From the IMG/VR virus record IMGVR_UViG_3300037067_009230, positions 1 to 64,000 of that record: DNA of 64,000 nt, one strand, 5' to 3'. Shown one piece after another: positions 9,934 through 20,727 of the stretch. Source of the stretch: a virus (lineage: Duplodnaviria; Caudoviricetes). Numbering within the stretch: position 1 is the stretch's first letter; every line of letters starts with the position of its first letter. The notes below the pieces were generated by a model. That model ran no database searches, was not told where the DNA came from, and worked only from the letters and a program-made list of their open reading frames with translations. Both the position numbers and the translations under genes were made by a program.

Positions 9934-10766
9934 TATTCTTCGTTTTTATCTTTAACAGACAATTGTCTCATAAGATTACGTTTAACTATATCTTCCTGTT
10001 GACGTTTCTTTTCAATCTTAAACTCATCAGCCATAGCAACAACAATAAGATGCCTAAGCTGTTCTGGGGACTTTTGCCTCCAATTAGGAATATCATAATC
10101 CTGAGCTCTCTGAAATACAACTTCCGGGGTCATAGTAGACAGCATTGTAGCTGCACGAGCCCTATATTGCATTTCACTTACATCCTCATTGGCCATCTCA
10201 GTAGTATTTTCCCCAAAGGTAATCCCATAAAAAGGATGCCCTCTTAAAAACTCTATCTCAGTTTTTAAATTTGTAGTATACTGAGAGAAGTTAATAATCT
10301 GTTCCTCTCTTCCATCTTTACGTCTATCACTGGCAGCATAAGTAAATATAATCAACTTATGTGGAGGCATCTTTTCTATACCTCGATAATCTCTATATGA
10401 TGCTACAACATACAGAATTGATCGGGCTGTAAAAGTAACCTCTTCACCTTCTTTAACGAGATCCGCAGCAGTAGGTTCCCTAAATTTCAATTTAGAAGCA
10501 TTAGGAGCTAATCCAATAACTTGTCTGGATAGATTCTCTACCTGTGCTTGTAATTGCTCAACTAAAGCTATATTAGGAGTCTGAGGAGCTTCTGCCTTAA
10601 CAGTATTAGCATTCTGCAATTTACTTTTAAGTGCCTCAAGTTCTTCCTCTTTAGCTTTTAATTCTTGATCTTTCTTATAAAGCTCACGCCTTATCTCAAC
10701 ATCCTCAGCCCCGTCTAACTTTTCTTTTTTAATTTTTTCAGGACTTTTTTTGTTGTTTTCATCCAT
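9933..10766 (-). CDS. Hypothetical protein with N-terminal coiled coil
   Basis: 277-aa ORF in the head operon. Confidence 0.7.
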   Translation of the reverse strand: MDENNKKSPEKIKKEKLDGAEDVEIRRELYKKDQELKAKEEELEALKSKLQNANTVKAEAPQTPNIALVEQLQAQVENLSRQVIGLAPNASKLKFREPTAADLVKEGEEVTFTARSILYVVASYRDYRGIEKMPPHKLIIFTYAASDRRKDGREEQIINFSQYTTNLKTEIEFLRGHPFYGITFGENTTEMANEDVSEMQYRARAATMLSTMTPEVVFQRAQDYDIPNWRQKSPEQLRHLIVVAMADEFKIEKKRQQEDIVKRNLMRQLSVKDKNEE

Positions 10767-10802
10767 AACTTAATGATTATTAAATGTTTATGAAATTAAA
10801 AA

Positions 10803-10829
10803 GAGAGTCCCAGAGGATCTGGGACTCTC
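10803..10829 (-). terminator. Intrinsic terminator downstream of MCP
   Basis: GAGAGTCCCAG-5 nt-CTGGGACTCTC followed on the minus strand by a T tract. Confidence 0.85.
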
Positions 10830-10835
10830 AATAAA

Positions 10836-12152
10836 CTAAGCAGCAATTCCCGTAGTATCAATATAGAAGGAGCTCAAAGGATTATTAAACTGGATACTCA
10901 ACATCCCCTGAATCCACCATTCTTTGAAATCATTAATAGATCCATTAACCCCTTTAGGATTAGTCTCACCAGCTTCAATAGGAGCATATCCAGTCATACA
11001 AACAGGCTGAATAGTATCCAGATCAAGAACAAATAGTCTATTCTTGAAATCAGCAGGGAAACAAGATAATTCCTTAAATAACTCTACAGCCACAGGAACA
11101 AATCTCATATCTCCAATCTTATATTCATAAAGGTTAAGATCAGCAATCCTACTCTCAGGAGCATAACGAACACCAGCTTCTTTCCAAACCTTTGACAACT
11201 CATAAAGAAGAACATTCTGGGCAAATATGAATCGTACCCCACCCTCTGATTTATAATCTGTCTGGAAGCACAAAGCCTCAAATACCTCTTTAAGAGTTGC
11301 AGAAGTAACACCAGAACTATTAGCACATCCGGCAGCTACCATAAGCGGAAATATACCACCCATAGTCTTAGCTTTATAATCCACAGAAGCACCCGGAACC
11401 CTTACATTAGCCTCACCACGTTCACCATTCCACAGAGAGATAAACATATCCTGAAGCAAAAGATCCATTTGTTCTTTCTTATCAAGATCATAATAATTAG
11501 TGGTACCATTGTTTGCAAACTTCTGCATTTCCATCCTTGTCCATCTCTTATCACGTTCCATCAACTGGATATAATTGTACCTTTCAATCTTGGACATACG
11601 ATCGTAATGCGTGAGGAAATTCTGACCATCAGCTATAACACTACCCTGAATTGAAAGATAATCATTAGCAGCAAGAGCCGGAAGATTTGCCTGACCATTA
11701 AGAGGAATAAGAGTAAGAGTATCAGTTGAAATAGATTGAACAATAGCTTTCCTGTTATTAGGATAAACAACAATCTTATTCGGAGTGACATTCTTTCCAC
11801 CACCTGTGGTAAGAGTCACAGTTGCAGTAGCACCACCAGCAGCACCAGAACCAGAATCACGAAGAGCAGTTCTTCCGAAAGTTTTCTCCATATAAGTGAA
11901 AACATCATCTGATTTATATTGAACTGGTTTCTCAAACAAAAGACGCAAACTCTTGTATTTAGCAGGAGCAGCATCAAAAATAGTCTCAGAAATAGCTCTT
12001 TTGAGGAGACTCGTAGTACCCAGAGTAAACTCAGTAGCATACTCAGATCCAATAGGATTTAAATCCCTTGAAGTAGGACTTTGAACAACAGCAGGCTGTG
12101 CCGGATTTGGAACAGCCACGTAAGCATTTGAAGTATTAAATTGATCAGCCAT
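10836..12152 (-). CDS. Major capsid protein (crAss-like, HK97 fold)
   Basis: 438 aa; located after portal and scaffold, followed by a strong terminator; RYNY.Q and TMGGI motifs. Confidence 0.8.
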   Translation of the reverse strand: MADQFNTSNAYVAVPNPAQPAVVQSPTSRDLNPIGSEYATEFTLGTTSLLKRAISETIFDAAPAKYKSLRLLFEKPVQYKSDDVFTYMEKTFGRTALRDSGSGAAGGATATVTLTTGGGKNVTPNKIVVYPNNRKAIVQSISTDTLTLIPLNGQANLPALAANDYLSIQGSVIADGQNFLTHYDRMSKIERYNYIQLMERDKRWTRMEMQKFANNGTTNYYDLDKKEQMDLLLQDMFISLWNGERGEANVRVPGASVDYKAKTMGGIFPLMVAAGCANSSGVTSATLKEVFEALCFQTDYKSEGGVRFIFAQNVLLYELSKVWKEAGVRYAPESRIADLNLYEYKIGDMRFVPVAVELFKELSCFPADFKNRLFVLDLDTIQPVCMTGYAPIEAGETNPKGVNGSINDFKEWWIQGMLSIQFNNPLSSFYIDTTGIAA

Positions 12153-12179
12153 TTTACATAAAAATTAAAAATTAAAAAT

Positions 12180-13325
12180 TTATTTTGTTTTCAAAAAACT
12201 GGTAGCCTTTTCAACCTCAGCCTGCAAAACATTTTGACTAATATTTCCAGTACCCCCGGTCGGAATAGGTCTATCACTTCTCATCAAAAGAGATTCAGTG
12301 GTCTTAGATTCTGTTTCAGATCTAACTTTAGCCACGAAGTCACCAATTGTTTTAGCTTGTGCAGCAACAATAGATTTTCCAAACGTGAGATAAGCTATTT
12401 TCTCAGCAGCATCAGGGAGATACGTTCTATCCTTTGCGAATAAACTGTCATTTAATCCAGTAGTCATAGTCTGTCTGACTTGCTCAATGGCTGCCTTCTC
12501 CATTCTAGGATTATTCGCTACCATTTGAGCAATAGAAGAATCCACGGAGGCCAAAAAAGATTTTTGCCTTGTTTCCGCAGCTGACCTAATATTCGTTTGC
12601 ATATTAGCATACTCATCCTGATCCGCTTTGTACTTTAGTTTAGCAATGTCTTGAAAACTTTCTTGTATATTTGGATCAAGCGTATCAAAGGTTTCTTTTG
12701 TAAAGTCCTTTTGTGTATAATGATTTATTAAACTCAAAGCATCATGTGATTCAAAAGGTTTATCAAAATCAATAATAGATTTTTGAGTAAGCTTTTGAAT
12801 TATAGGCATATGATCCTGACCCTGTAAAGCAGCAGACAAAATCAAAGAAACATCTTTTGGAAGATTGTTGATACTATCTGTATAAGTATCTACTAATTTC
12901 TGCAATTTATCAACAGAAGCAGCCTTTTCCTGAACTACTTTATAGTTAGTTATAAGACCCACAAAATCTTGTACATCCTTTAATTCTGCTCCAATAGTAT
13001 CTTTAGCAAAAGCAGCTACATCAGCAAAAGATGATAATTTAATCTGATCAACTGGGGTACCACCATATACCTGATCCCCTAAAGGTGTCTTAACAACAAT
13101 AGGATTTACAACAGGCTTAGATATATTTTGGATATTCGGGTCTATAACTCCTTTATTAGGTTGCAAAATAGGGGCAACTGGCTCAATAACAGGAGCAGAA
13201 GCAGAAGGAGTTCCTACTGAAGTACTATTTTCGGTATTATTAGTCACCACAGCTTGCAATTTATTATCCGGTACTAAACCCGCAGCAGCGGATATCATAC
13301 TCTCATCTGAAGAATTTCTTGGCAT
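12180..13325 (-). CDS. Scaffold/head-assembly-like protein
   Basis: 381 aa; Pro-rich N-terminus, helical body; between portal and MCP. Confidence 0.5.
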   Translation of the reverse strand: MPRNSSDESMISAAAGLVPDNKLQAVVTNNTENSTSVGTPSASAPVIEPVAPILQPNKGVIDPNIQNISKPVVNPIVVKTPLGDQVYGGTPVDQIKLSSFADVAAFAKDTIGAELKDVQDFVGLITNYKVVQEKAASVDKLQKLVDTYTDSINNLPKDVSLILSAALQGQDHMPIIQKLTQKSIIDFDKPFESHDALSLINHYTQKDFTKETFDTLDPNIQESFQDIAKLKYKADQDEYANMQTNIRSAAETRQKSFLASVDSSIAQMVANNPRMEKAAIEQVRQTMTTGLNDSLFAKDRTYLPDAAEKIAYLTFGKSIVAAQAKTIGDFVAKVRSETESKTTESLLMRSDRPIPTGGTGNISQNVLQAEVEKATSFLKTK

Positions 13326-13385
13326 AACTTTAATTTTTAATTTTTATTTTTTGGCTTATTACCATAATTAATTTACTACCAACTA

Positions 13386-13393
13386 CAAAGTTA
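13386..13393 (-). promoter_or_regulatory. Bacteroidota -7 promoter element (TAACTTTG)
   Basis: TAnnTTTG in the intergenic gap upstream of scaffold/MCP. Confidence 0.55.
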
Positions 13394-13422
13394 TATAATA
13401 ATTTATACGACTTTAAAAATTT

Positions 13423-15615
13423 TTATCCTTTTTTAGCATTAATAGCTGCCATTTTTACAGATCGGTCAGCATCTTGATTTAATTGATCCCTGACTTTATC
13501 CCTGACATTCTCATCATAAACAACCCTACCGGCCTGTTCCTGAACATTCTGTTGTTGAGAGGTAATAGCAGCCTGTCGCTGTTCAGCCATACGTTTTTGA
13601 ACAGCCATACGTTTTTGAAATTCCCTCATCTCAAGTAAAGCTTCTTCCATAGTAGCTCTACCATAAAGTTTAGAAACAGTAGGTTGATCCAATAAACCAA
13701 ATTGTAAGAATGACATCAAAGTACTATCAACAGACAAACGTTCATTAGCACTATCAATACTACGAACTAATGTAACACGCATAGATTCATTACGCATATC
13801 CTTAGATAGTTTAAGAATATTAGCTGAATCCTCCCCAACTGCATCCATTAGTTCTACATCATTATCTATGTAATAACGTTTTCCCGAAGTGGCTATACTT
13901 TGATAACAACCCCTATATACGTCCATTATAGCTTTATAAAAAGGTTCCTGAATTATAGACCCCCGCTGTATCATTAACTGCATGACACCTACAAGTTGGT
14001 CAGGATTATTAGATTCCCCCTTCACACCCTCATTAACTCCTGTCACTTGTTCTATGCCCATCTTGAAACTATCAATCAAATTAGAAAAAGCAACAATAGA
14101 TTCCTTTGGTGTAGAATCATAACGGCCAAATATATTCTGAACTCCCCTACCCTTAGCATTTACGCCTATGGCTTCACCTCGTGCGATTTTAGACCTTATC
14201 TCATCCTCAGGAGTGCCAGATATCAAGTCATTATCATAAACAACACCAGCCCCTCCGGAATTATTAATTTGGTTCTCCATAACAGATAAAAACCTATTTA
14301 TCATTCTTTGAGGATTAATGACAACATCCACAGGTGATAAAACTATCCCGTTTAAATATGACCAAGTACCCACTTTATAAGGCGGAAGCATATTAGTAGG
14401 GCGATATAAATCAGGCTCTTGATATGGAAGCATACCACATTCAAGAACTATATCTTTCGCTGATCTATCATTAGGGTTAGCAGTAACAATTTCAAGAGGA
14501 ATAAAATTACAATATCTCCAAAGATCTACATATAGATGTGCTGTATCAGATCCCTTAACTACTTTTCGTTGATATGAGGTAAGATCTTTATAAGGCACAA
14601 CATCCTTCATAGTATACTTAGGATCAGTCTCCCCATCTTCTATGTAATTTATTCTTTGTAATATCCTTTGACCAAATTGATCATGTACATAACCAAATGT
14701 ATCAACTACTAAATCGCGCCATACAGCATAATATACCGGTATCTTACCAGAAATAGCTAAATCAATTGGAGCATTATATGGATGAGATGAACGATTAGAT
14801 ACAAAAGTTTCAATACGTTTTCTATCATCTATTGAAATATTCTGATAAGATTCAAATAATGTAGAAACTGATAAATAATCGCCCTCAAAAAAATATTCTG
14901 CATCCAGTAAACAGGGATCAGTAGCAGATCTATCCCAGCCAAATTTATCCGGTAGTATATGCTGAAACAACCATTCCCCGTTATAAGGGTAAGGCTTCTG
15001 AATAGCAATTCCAGCTAATGCCATATCACGAGCTAAAATACCTCTATATGAATCTAAATTATTTATATTTTTTGAATACCGTAATAAACGATTTATAGAA
15101 ATTATATTTTTATCTGAATATAGATTTGAATACTTATCCTCTACATCTACTGAATCACCAACGGGCATATTATTAGCCTGCATGTAATCCCTAAAACCTG
15201 TCATATCCTTAGCAACGTCATTGTATAAAAGCAATTTAGCTAATCCTCCCTCTCTACGGCTACGAGCCATAGGAGATAGATTAGCTACCTTCATATCAAA
15301 TGTCATCCTCTCAGCATTCCCCCGATATTGCTCAACCATAGGTTGAATATAATTCCTTGTAACCTTTAGTCTATTTCTATCCTGACCACTCTCATCCTTA
15401 AAAAAAGCCTCAGTATCCTCAGACAGTATCCATTGTTTGTTCATATAGAACTGAGCATTAATTCTATAATTATTAACATACTCTCTATGAAGTTGATTAT
15501 AACCTGAACTAATTACCCATCTGGCATATTTAACATGGTAATCTTCGTTCTTATCTACCTCAGCAGTTTCTACCCGATTCGGTTTATTTGGATTACCTGT
15601 AACAATAAATTCCAT
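13423..15615 (-). CDS. Portal protein
   Basis: 730 aa; two genes downstream of TerL; helical portal-like length; C-terminal Gln-rich coil. Confidence 0.8.
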   Translation of the reverse strand: MEFIVTGNPNKPNRVETAEVDKNEDYHVKYARWVISSGYNQLHREYVNNYRINAQFYMNKQWILSEDTEAFFKDESGQDRNRLKVTRNYIQPMVEQYRGNAERMTFDMKVANLSPMARSRREGGLAKLLLYNDVAKDMTGFRDYMQANNMPVGDSVDVEDKYSNLYSDKNIISINRLLRYSKNINNLDSYRGILARDMALAGIAIQKPYPYNGEWLFQHILPDKFGWDRSATDPCLLDAEYFFEGDYLSVSTLFESYQNISIDDRKRIETFVSNRSSHPYNAPIDLAISGKIPVYYAVWRDLVVDTFGYVHDQFGQRILQRINYIEDGETDPKYTMKDVVPYKDLTSYQRKVVKGSDTAHLYVDLWRYCNFIPLEIVTANPNDRSAKDIVLECGMLPYQEPDLYRPTNMLPPYKVGTWSYLNGIVLSPVDVVINPQRMINRFLSVMENQINNSGGAGVVYDNDLISGTPEDEIRSKIARGEAIGVNAKGRGVQNIFGRYDSTPKESIVAFSNLIDSFKMGIEQVTGVNEGVKGESNNPDQLVGVMQLMIQRGSIIQEPFYKAIMDVYRGCYQSIATSGKRYYIDNDVELMDAVGEDSANILKLSKDMRNESMRVTLVRSIDSANERLSVDSTLMSFLQFGLLDQPTVSKLYGRATMEEALLEMREFQKRMAVQKRMAEQRQAAITSQQQNVQEQAGRVVYDENVRDKVRDQLNQDADRSVKMAAINAKKG

Positions 15616-15625
15616 AGTATATTAT

Positions 15626-16231
15626 TTAATCATTGTTATCTTCTTTACTCATGTGCCAATCCCTAATAGAAGAAGCACCCTCATCTCCATCTTTCTGTTT
15701 ACCTGATATATCTACTATACCAAACCCCTCTTCAAGTTTAGCCAGTAATGATGGAATCTCTTCCGCTATCTTAGCACTGGTTGTTACATATCTGGGATAG
15801 TCAATATAAGTTACTGCTTTATTCCCAGATCCTTCAGTAGCAATAAAAGCATCTGGCCCTTGTTCTATTAACTTTTCATAATGATCAAAAATAGTTTTGA
15901 TCATTTTATAACCCTTATATCGGGCACCCGGATCAAACTCAGACATCTTCTTTATAGCAACAGCCATAGAAGAATTAAATTGCAATTTTAAAATATTTTC
16001 TTTCTCCGTTTTACTTGGAGTATATGTGGACATCCTTAATGCCTCCTGTACTCTCTCATAATCATCTGGAATACCTATTACAAGAGGACTGGTAGGATTA
16101 GCATACCACCATACAAAAATTAAAGCCTTAGATAGTAAATCAGAAAACTCTGGTACACGATCCAACTCAGGGTATCTGCTACGATAATTCTCAGCTTTTA
16201 TACCTCTTGGGTCAAATAAACTAATCTTCAT
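15626..16231 (-). CDS. Hypothetical protein between TerL and portal
   Basis: 201-aa ORF overlapping the TerL end. Confidence 0.7.
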   Translation of the reverse strand: MKISLFDPRGIKAENYRSRYPELDRVPEFSDLLSKALIFVWWYANPTSPLVIGIPDDYERVQEALRMSTYTPSKTEKENILKLQFNSSMAVAIKKMSEFDPGARYKGYKMIKTIFDHYEKLIEQGPDAFIATEGSGNKAVTYIDYPRYVTTSAKIAEEIPSLLAKLEEGFGIVDISGKQKDGDEGASSIRDWHMSKEDNND

Positions 16232-18500
16232 TGTTAAAATTTGATAAAATATCTTTTTCTTCTGTCTTAAACACCGAAACCTTAACGGGCATCCTTACCA
16301 TATCCCAATCCTTTGTGCGAACTAACCTATGCCTCAAAATAGTCTTACTACTAATTGCATCCTTGTGTACAGGTTGAAGATTTGGATGAGAAAGTCTGCA
16401 TATATAAGCATAAACGATAGCATATAAAACATCATCAAAATGCATTAAACGATTTTGTGGTCCCCAGACTTCCTTACCACTCTTGGATAAATCCTGTACA
16501 AAAGTAGTTAATTGCTCAAAGATAACACTTATGTAAATACGACTGTGATAATTTCTTAATAATTCAGTCATATAATCAATTATGCCATTTGCTCTGGTGC
16601 CTTTATTGTCTATTCCTATTAACCGGGCACCACCAGTAACCTTACTTGGTAATTGTGAATTAAATACTAAAGAACTAAAATATCCTTTAGCCTCAACATA
16701 ATCCATATAGTTAGTTCCAATGTTAGCCTCAACAAGATCATGAACACCTACCTTTATTCCGGGTCTGGTATCATAATATAACCCTAATAGTAAGCTCTGT
16801 AAGAAAGTGTATTTATGATCATGCTGTTGACGAAAATTCATAACAGCTGAAATAGTTTTCTCATAATCGTCCCATATTGCAGTTGCAAATTTAGAGTGAC
16901 CTGTCTCTGTTGCTATGGGGTCTGTTCCCTTCCAATACCTATTCATCCAGAGATCTTCCGGTCTGCGAAATATACAAGTAGAGGCTTTTTTAAAATCATC
17001 TTCATCATCAATAGGGATAAATTTAGCCCCTATTACTCTATAAGGGACATCACTCTCAGGGGGCATAGGATCCATCTCATCAAAAATAGGTTCAAAATAA
17101 CCATAAGTAGGAGCCATAGATGAAGATAGTTTCCTGCACCTATCCAGTCCACCCTCGATAATTTCACGGGAAACAAGGGTACTGGCAGTAGTTAAGAACA
17201 TATCCTTGTAATTGGAAGGATAATGCTGATGGAACTGAGTCTTGGAGGTTTCGAGATCTATATCTTCCTTCATTGCTCTGGCACCATAGTACCAAGCTTT
17301 CTCCTTCTCATATTCCTGTTTATCAAAACGACAATGCCAACTAAAAAACAGTGGAACAAAACCGTTGGAGAAATTCTTAGATTCCCATAAACCTAAGATA
17401 CGATACCACTCTTTTTCATACTCCCCCTTGCCCTTATCGAGTTTCCCACCCGTCCCCCACATCCAAATTTGCCTCTTCAATTCAAACTTTCCGGTCTTTG
17501 GATTATTCCAAAACAGGGTAGGACGAGCCTCGTTTAACATGGCTCCTAAGATACCAATATTCCCTATCTCATCTATAAGAGCAAGCTGAGGTGAACCACC
17601 ATTAATAGCTGTTGGTTTAGGGGCTATGACATCTATCCTGCTATTAGGATAACCCTTTTCTCCTTTCTGTGATTTATCAGACAACCAAAAACGACTTCCA
17701 GAATCTGATTTAACTTTTGGCATCATCCATTTTGGGAGGCCTCCAAAAGGATATTTTATCTTATCATTGAAGATTTCTTCTCCGGTATCCTTATCCTCAG
17801 TTACAAATTTTATGTAATAGTTTGATTGAAGTATAAGTTTCTTTATGCCTAAAAGACCCATGATAGAGGTAAATCCTATCTGACGTCCTTTACCACCGAT
17901 CACATTATACCCACAATCAAACAAATAACAAATAACTGCATGATGTTCACGAGCCTGATACTTGACAAAACCTGAAGAGATATCACCCTCTTTTAACTCC
18001 CCATATCGGTTAACAAAATATAAACTATTCTCATCACAACGATTATATTCTCGTATCTTAAAACCTCTTTTAGCATCATCAGTATGATATGAAGTTATAT
18101 TATCATCTTCAGATAACCACCTAAATGCTTGAACTTTATATAAAGTAAATTTTTTATATTCTGCTTTGTTTGGAAAATATCCATATAGCATAGAATTAAT
18201 CCATGCTACAAATTCCGGACTATGCTCTAAAACACTTTCCGGCATCCAGTCAGATTTGGTAATATCCTCTTTGTATCTGTAATATAGAGAACTCTCTGAG
18301 AAAGGATTCATCATAGTTTCCCATGATTCATCTATACGGGCGGCTAACTCTTCATCAGGTCTTGTTCCACGTTTACCGGTACGAATATAACCTTCTCGTT
18401 TTAATTCCTCAATTTTATCAGGCTGTAAAATGCCCTTCTCATATTGAGTCATTAAGTATTTCAAATACTTCTTTCGTGCTGCGGCTTCGGTTAATGGCAT
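16221..18500 (-). CDS. terL: Terminase large subunit
   Basis: 759 aa; KGRQIGFTS Walker A-like, ALIDEIG Walker B, GTDP and HFDDVLYA nuclease motifs. Confidence 0.9.
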   Translation of the reverse strand: MPLTEAAARKKYLKYLMTQYEKGILQPDKIEELKREGYIRTGKRGTRPDEELAARIDESWETMMNPFSESSLYYRYKEDITKSDWMPESVLEHSPEFVAWINSMLYGYFPNKAEYKKFTLYKVQAFRWLSEDDNITSYHTDDAKRGFKIREYNRCDENSLYFVNRYGELKEGDISSGFVKYQAREHHAVICYLFDCGYNVIGGKGRQIGFTSIMGLLGIKKLILQSNYYIKFVTEDKDTGEEIFNDKIKYPFGGLPKWMMPKVKSDSGSRFWLSDKSQKGEKGYPNSRIDVIAPKPTAINGGSPQLALIDEIGNIGILGAMLNEARPTLFWNNPKTGKFELKRQIWMWGTGGKLDKGKGEYEKEWYRILGLWESKNFSNGFVPLFFSWHCRFDKQEYEKEKAWYYGARAMKEDIDLETSKTQFHQHYPSNYKDMFLTTASTLVSREIIEGGLDRCRKLSSSMAPTYGYFEPIFDEMDPMPPESDVPYRVIGAKFIPIDDEDDFKKASTCIFRRPEDLWMNRYWKGTDPIATETGHSKFATAIWDDYEKTISAVMNFRQQHDHKYTFLQSLLLGLYYDTRPGIKVGVHDLVEANIGTNYMDYVEAKGYFSSLVFNSQLPSKVTGGARLIGIDNKGTRANGIIDYMTELLRNYHSRIYISVIFEQLTTFVQDLSKSGKEVWGPQNRLMHFDDVLYAIVYAYICRLSHPNLQPVHKDAISSKTILRHRLVRTKDWDMVRMPVKVSVFKTEEKDILSNFNNED

Positions 18501-18817
18501 AATACTGAATTTTCTATGTTTAAAACACCAGTACCGTCATCACAGAAGTACCCGTCATCCCCATAAACTGAGAAATATCCATCAAATGATCCGAAATGAA
18601 TACCACGATATAATCTATATTCCGGCATTCCTTTTACTGGATTCCAGAATATATGGATAGAATTTCCTTTATGTCCTGCATAAACCTGTAAGGTATTTAC
18701 ATAGGATTCCTCTCCAGTTGGGTTAACCTCAACCAGAGAATAGAAATACATACCCTTAGGCAGATCACCATCATCATTCACACGAACCTCTTGAGCATCT
18801 ATTACTGGACTGATCAT
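18491..18817 (-). CDS. Small beta-sandwich (FN3-like) hypothetical protein
   Basis: 108 aa; Y.YSLV.V...GEE and I.W.PV.G...YRLYRG pattern. Confidence 0.5.
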   Translation of the reverse strand: MISPVIDAQEVRVNDDGDLPKGMYFYSLVEVNPTGEESYVNTLQVYAGHKGNSIHIFWNPVKGMPEYRLYRGIHFGSFDGYFSVYGDDGYFCDDGTGVLNIENSVLCH

Positions 18818-18855
18818 AAATAAATTAAAACCTTTATCCCTGTTAAATAACTTTA

Positions 18856-18863
18856 CAAAGGTA
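18856..18863 (-). promoter_or_regulatory. -7 promoter element (TACCTTTG) upstream of the packaging operon
   Basis: TAnnTTTG in the intergenic gap. Confidence 0.55.
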
Positions 18864-18882
18864 ATAATTTATTTATAATAAT

Positions 18883-19158
18883 CTAAATATTATTTCTTAA
18901 GTAGTATTTTTTCTTCAGAATATACACCATATCCTGTATTTGCTGAATCTTGTCACTAAGTTCTTTTAATTTATCCTCGGTAACTGCCAGAGCCCTAAAA
19001 TTAGTGGGATGGGCAGTGATATATACCAGCATCTCCGGTAAAGTGGATAGTTCATTTATACCTACATCTACAGGATCTTCATTACCAATTGCCATATCAG
19101 CAATCTGATTTAGCAGGTAAAGAGGATCAGTATTCTTATCAATTGGATGCCTACCCAT
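18883..19158 (-). CDS. Hypothetical helical protein
   Basis: 91-aa ORF coupled to the upstream gene. Confidence 0.6.
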   Translation of the reverse strand: MGRHPIDKNTDPLYLLNQIADMAIGNEDPVDVGINELSTLPEMLVYITAHPTNFRALAVTEDKLKELSDKIQQIQDMVYILKKKYYLRNNI

Positions 19159-19549
19159 TTAAGTCTTTAAAAAAGGGTTCCAGATTCTTATCATAAGCCC
19201 TGCCAGCATCTCTGGCACGTTTAGCTATCATAACATCACGCATCTGAGGTTTAAAAGTTCTTTCCAGTTTATGAACCAAAGAAGCTGATTCGGTAATGGA
19301 AGAATTATCAATTACGGGAACTTCCAAAGGGGTCTTTTTTATTTCCATATTTACAGGATTCTGTAAAGACTCCATCGGTTTTAATTCAATAGGCTTAACC
19401 TCTACCATCTTTGATTGAATAGCCATACGTATTAAATCTCGTATGATAGCTGCTACTGAAGGAAATTGCTCAGTCTGCATCCCCTCTAATTTAGCATAAT
19501 CATCCCTATCAACCATAACATGCATTAACTTAAAATTATTTTTTAACAT
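19151..19549 (-). CDS. Ribbon-helix-helix (CopG/Arc-like) DNA-binding protein
   Basis: HVMVDRDDYAKLE...SVAAIIRDLIRMAI: beta strand-helix-helix pattern. Confidence 0.65.
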   Translation of the reverse strand: MLKNNFKLMHVMVDRDDYAKLEGMQTEQFPSVAAIIRDLIRMAIQSKMVEVKPIELKPMESLQNPVNMEIKKTPLEVPVIDNSSITESASLVHKLERTFKPQMRDVMIAKRARDAGRAYDKNLEPFFKDLNG

Positions 19550-19589
19550 AATGTAATTTATTAGATTATTAATATATTAATCATATTTA

Positions 19590-19700
19590 GTTTATACTAT
19601 CTATATACAATATATATACCTTATATATACTAACCTTATACTATCTATATACTTTATATATACAATCTTTATACAACAAATATACAACCTTTATACTTTA
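19590..19700. repeat. Cluster of short TATA(TA)C direct repeats
   Basis: About ten imperfect TATAC/TATATAC units between the promoter and the RHH gene. Confidence 0.6.
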
Positions 19701-19708
19701 CATCCAAA
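19677..19708 (-). promoter_or_regulatory. Bacteroidota -33/-7 promoter for the RHH gene
   Basis: TTTG-20 nt-TATATTTG on the minus strand. Confidence 0.65.
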
Positions 19709-19876
19709 TAAATTGTAATTTTTTTAAAATCTCCCCAATGGTCAAGTGATCAATGGTCAATATACATATTTAATAATACACGCGCATAAATAGGTTATTT
19801 ATATAATTCTTATATAAATTATATAAATATAGAAAAATTTAAAAAATAAAATTAATAAAAAATAAAGTGCAAAATA

Positions 19877-19906
19877 TTTGCATATTTAAAAAATGTAGTA
19901 TCTTTG
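19877..19906 (+). promoter_or_regulatory. Bacteroidota -33/-7 promoter, divergent
   Basis: TTTG-18 nt-TATCTTTG upstream of 19941. Confidence 0.7.
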
Positions 19907-19940
19907 CATAAGATCTTAATTTACCATTAAAAAATTCATT

Positions 19941-20627
19941 ATGATAAGTAGAGAAATTAAAATGATCATGGAAACTATTGGCCAACTTGATAACATATCC
20001 AAGGGGCTTGATATAAATAAAGAAGCTGTTAGTAAACATTCTTCCACGTTAACGGAGGTTAGGAATAAGTTATCAAAATATACTGAGCAGTATAATAACG
20101 CTGAGTATATGAAAACACTTTCTCCACCTGAACAGCAAAACCTGATGAAGAATGCCAGAGCTTTATATGAAGTTCATGAGAAACTTGTAAAGGAACTTGA
20201 TTATCTTGATATGAGTAAGCAACCACCCTTTATAGTTAAAGCTATCTCAGCTCTGGATAAAGCATATCTATTCTCTCAGTACCTGTATGAAGAAGTCCTT
20301 AAACCTTGTGGAGATATTGTAATTCCTCATTTTACTTGTATTCAAGTGAAGTATATTGATAAAGCATCTTACAAGCAGTTAGTACTATCCATAACCACAG
20401 AGTTAGAAACCTTTGCCAATGATCTTTACAATAGTCATATTCCTACAACTATAGAAACTGGTCTCCATGTAACTACAATTTACACTCATCTCATTGAATC
20501 GTATATGTGGTTCAAGAAAGAGAATGAGAGATTAAGTATAGAAGCCTTACCAGAGATCAATAAGATTGATATACCAGAGGAAAGTGTACTTGAAGTACCT
20601 ACACAACCGGAAGAAGTTAAACCCTAA
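19941..20627 (+). CDS. Hypothetical helical protein
   Basis: 228-aa ORF with its own promoter and a downstream hairpin. Confidence 0.75.
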   Translation: MISREIKMIMETIGQLDNISKGLDINKEAVSKHSSTLTEVRNKLSKYTEQYNNAEYMKTLSPPEQQNLMKNARALYEVHEKLVKELDYLDMSKQPPFIVKAISALDKAYLFSQYLYEEVLKPCGDIVIPHFTCIQVKYIDKASYKQLVLSITTELETFANDLYNSHIPTTIETGLHVTTIYTHLIESYMWFKKENERLSIEALPEINKIDIPEESVLEVPTQPEEVKP

Positions 20628-20635
20628 CAGTATTA

Positions 20636-20727
20636 ATAAAACAAGGCTCCCGTTATTTTGAGAGCCTTGCATTCACCAGTAAAAGTAGAAAAATCAACGA
20701 AGCAGGAAGGAAATAAGAGAAATTACA
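20636..20727 (-). ncRNA. Candidate ~90-nt small RNA
   Basis: Minus-strand TTTG-18 nt-TATATTTG promoter (about 20732-20761) followed by a non-coding stretch ending in hairpin CAAGGCTCTC/GGGAGCCTTG plus TTTT. Confidence 0.35.
20642..20669. terminator. Intrinsic terminator hairpin
   Basis: 10-bp stem; T tract on the minus strand. Confidence 0.7.
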
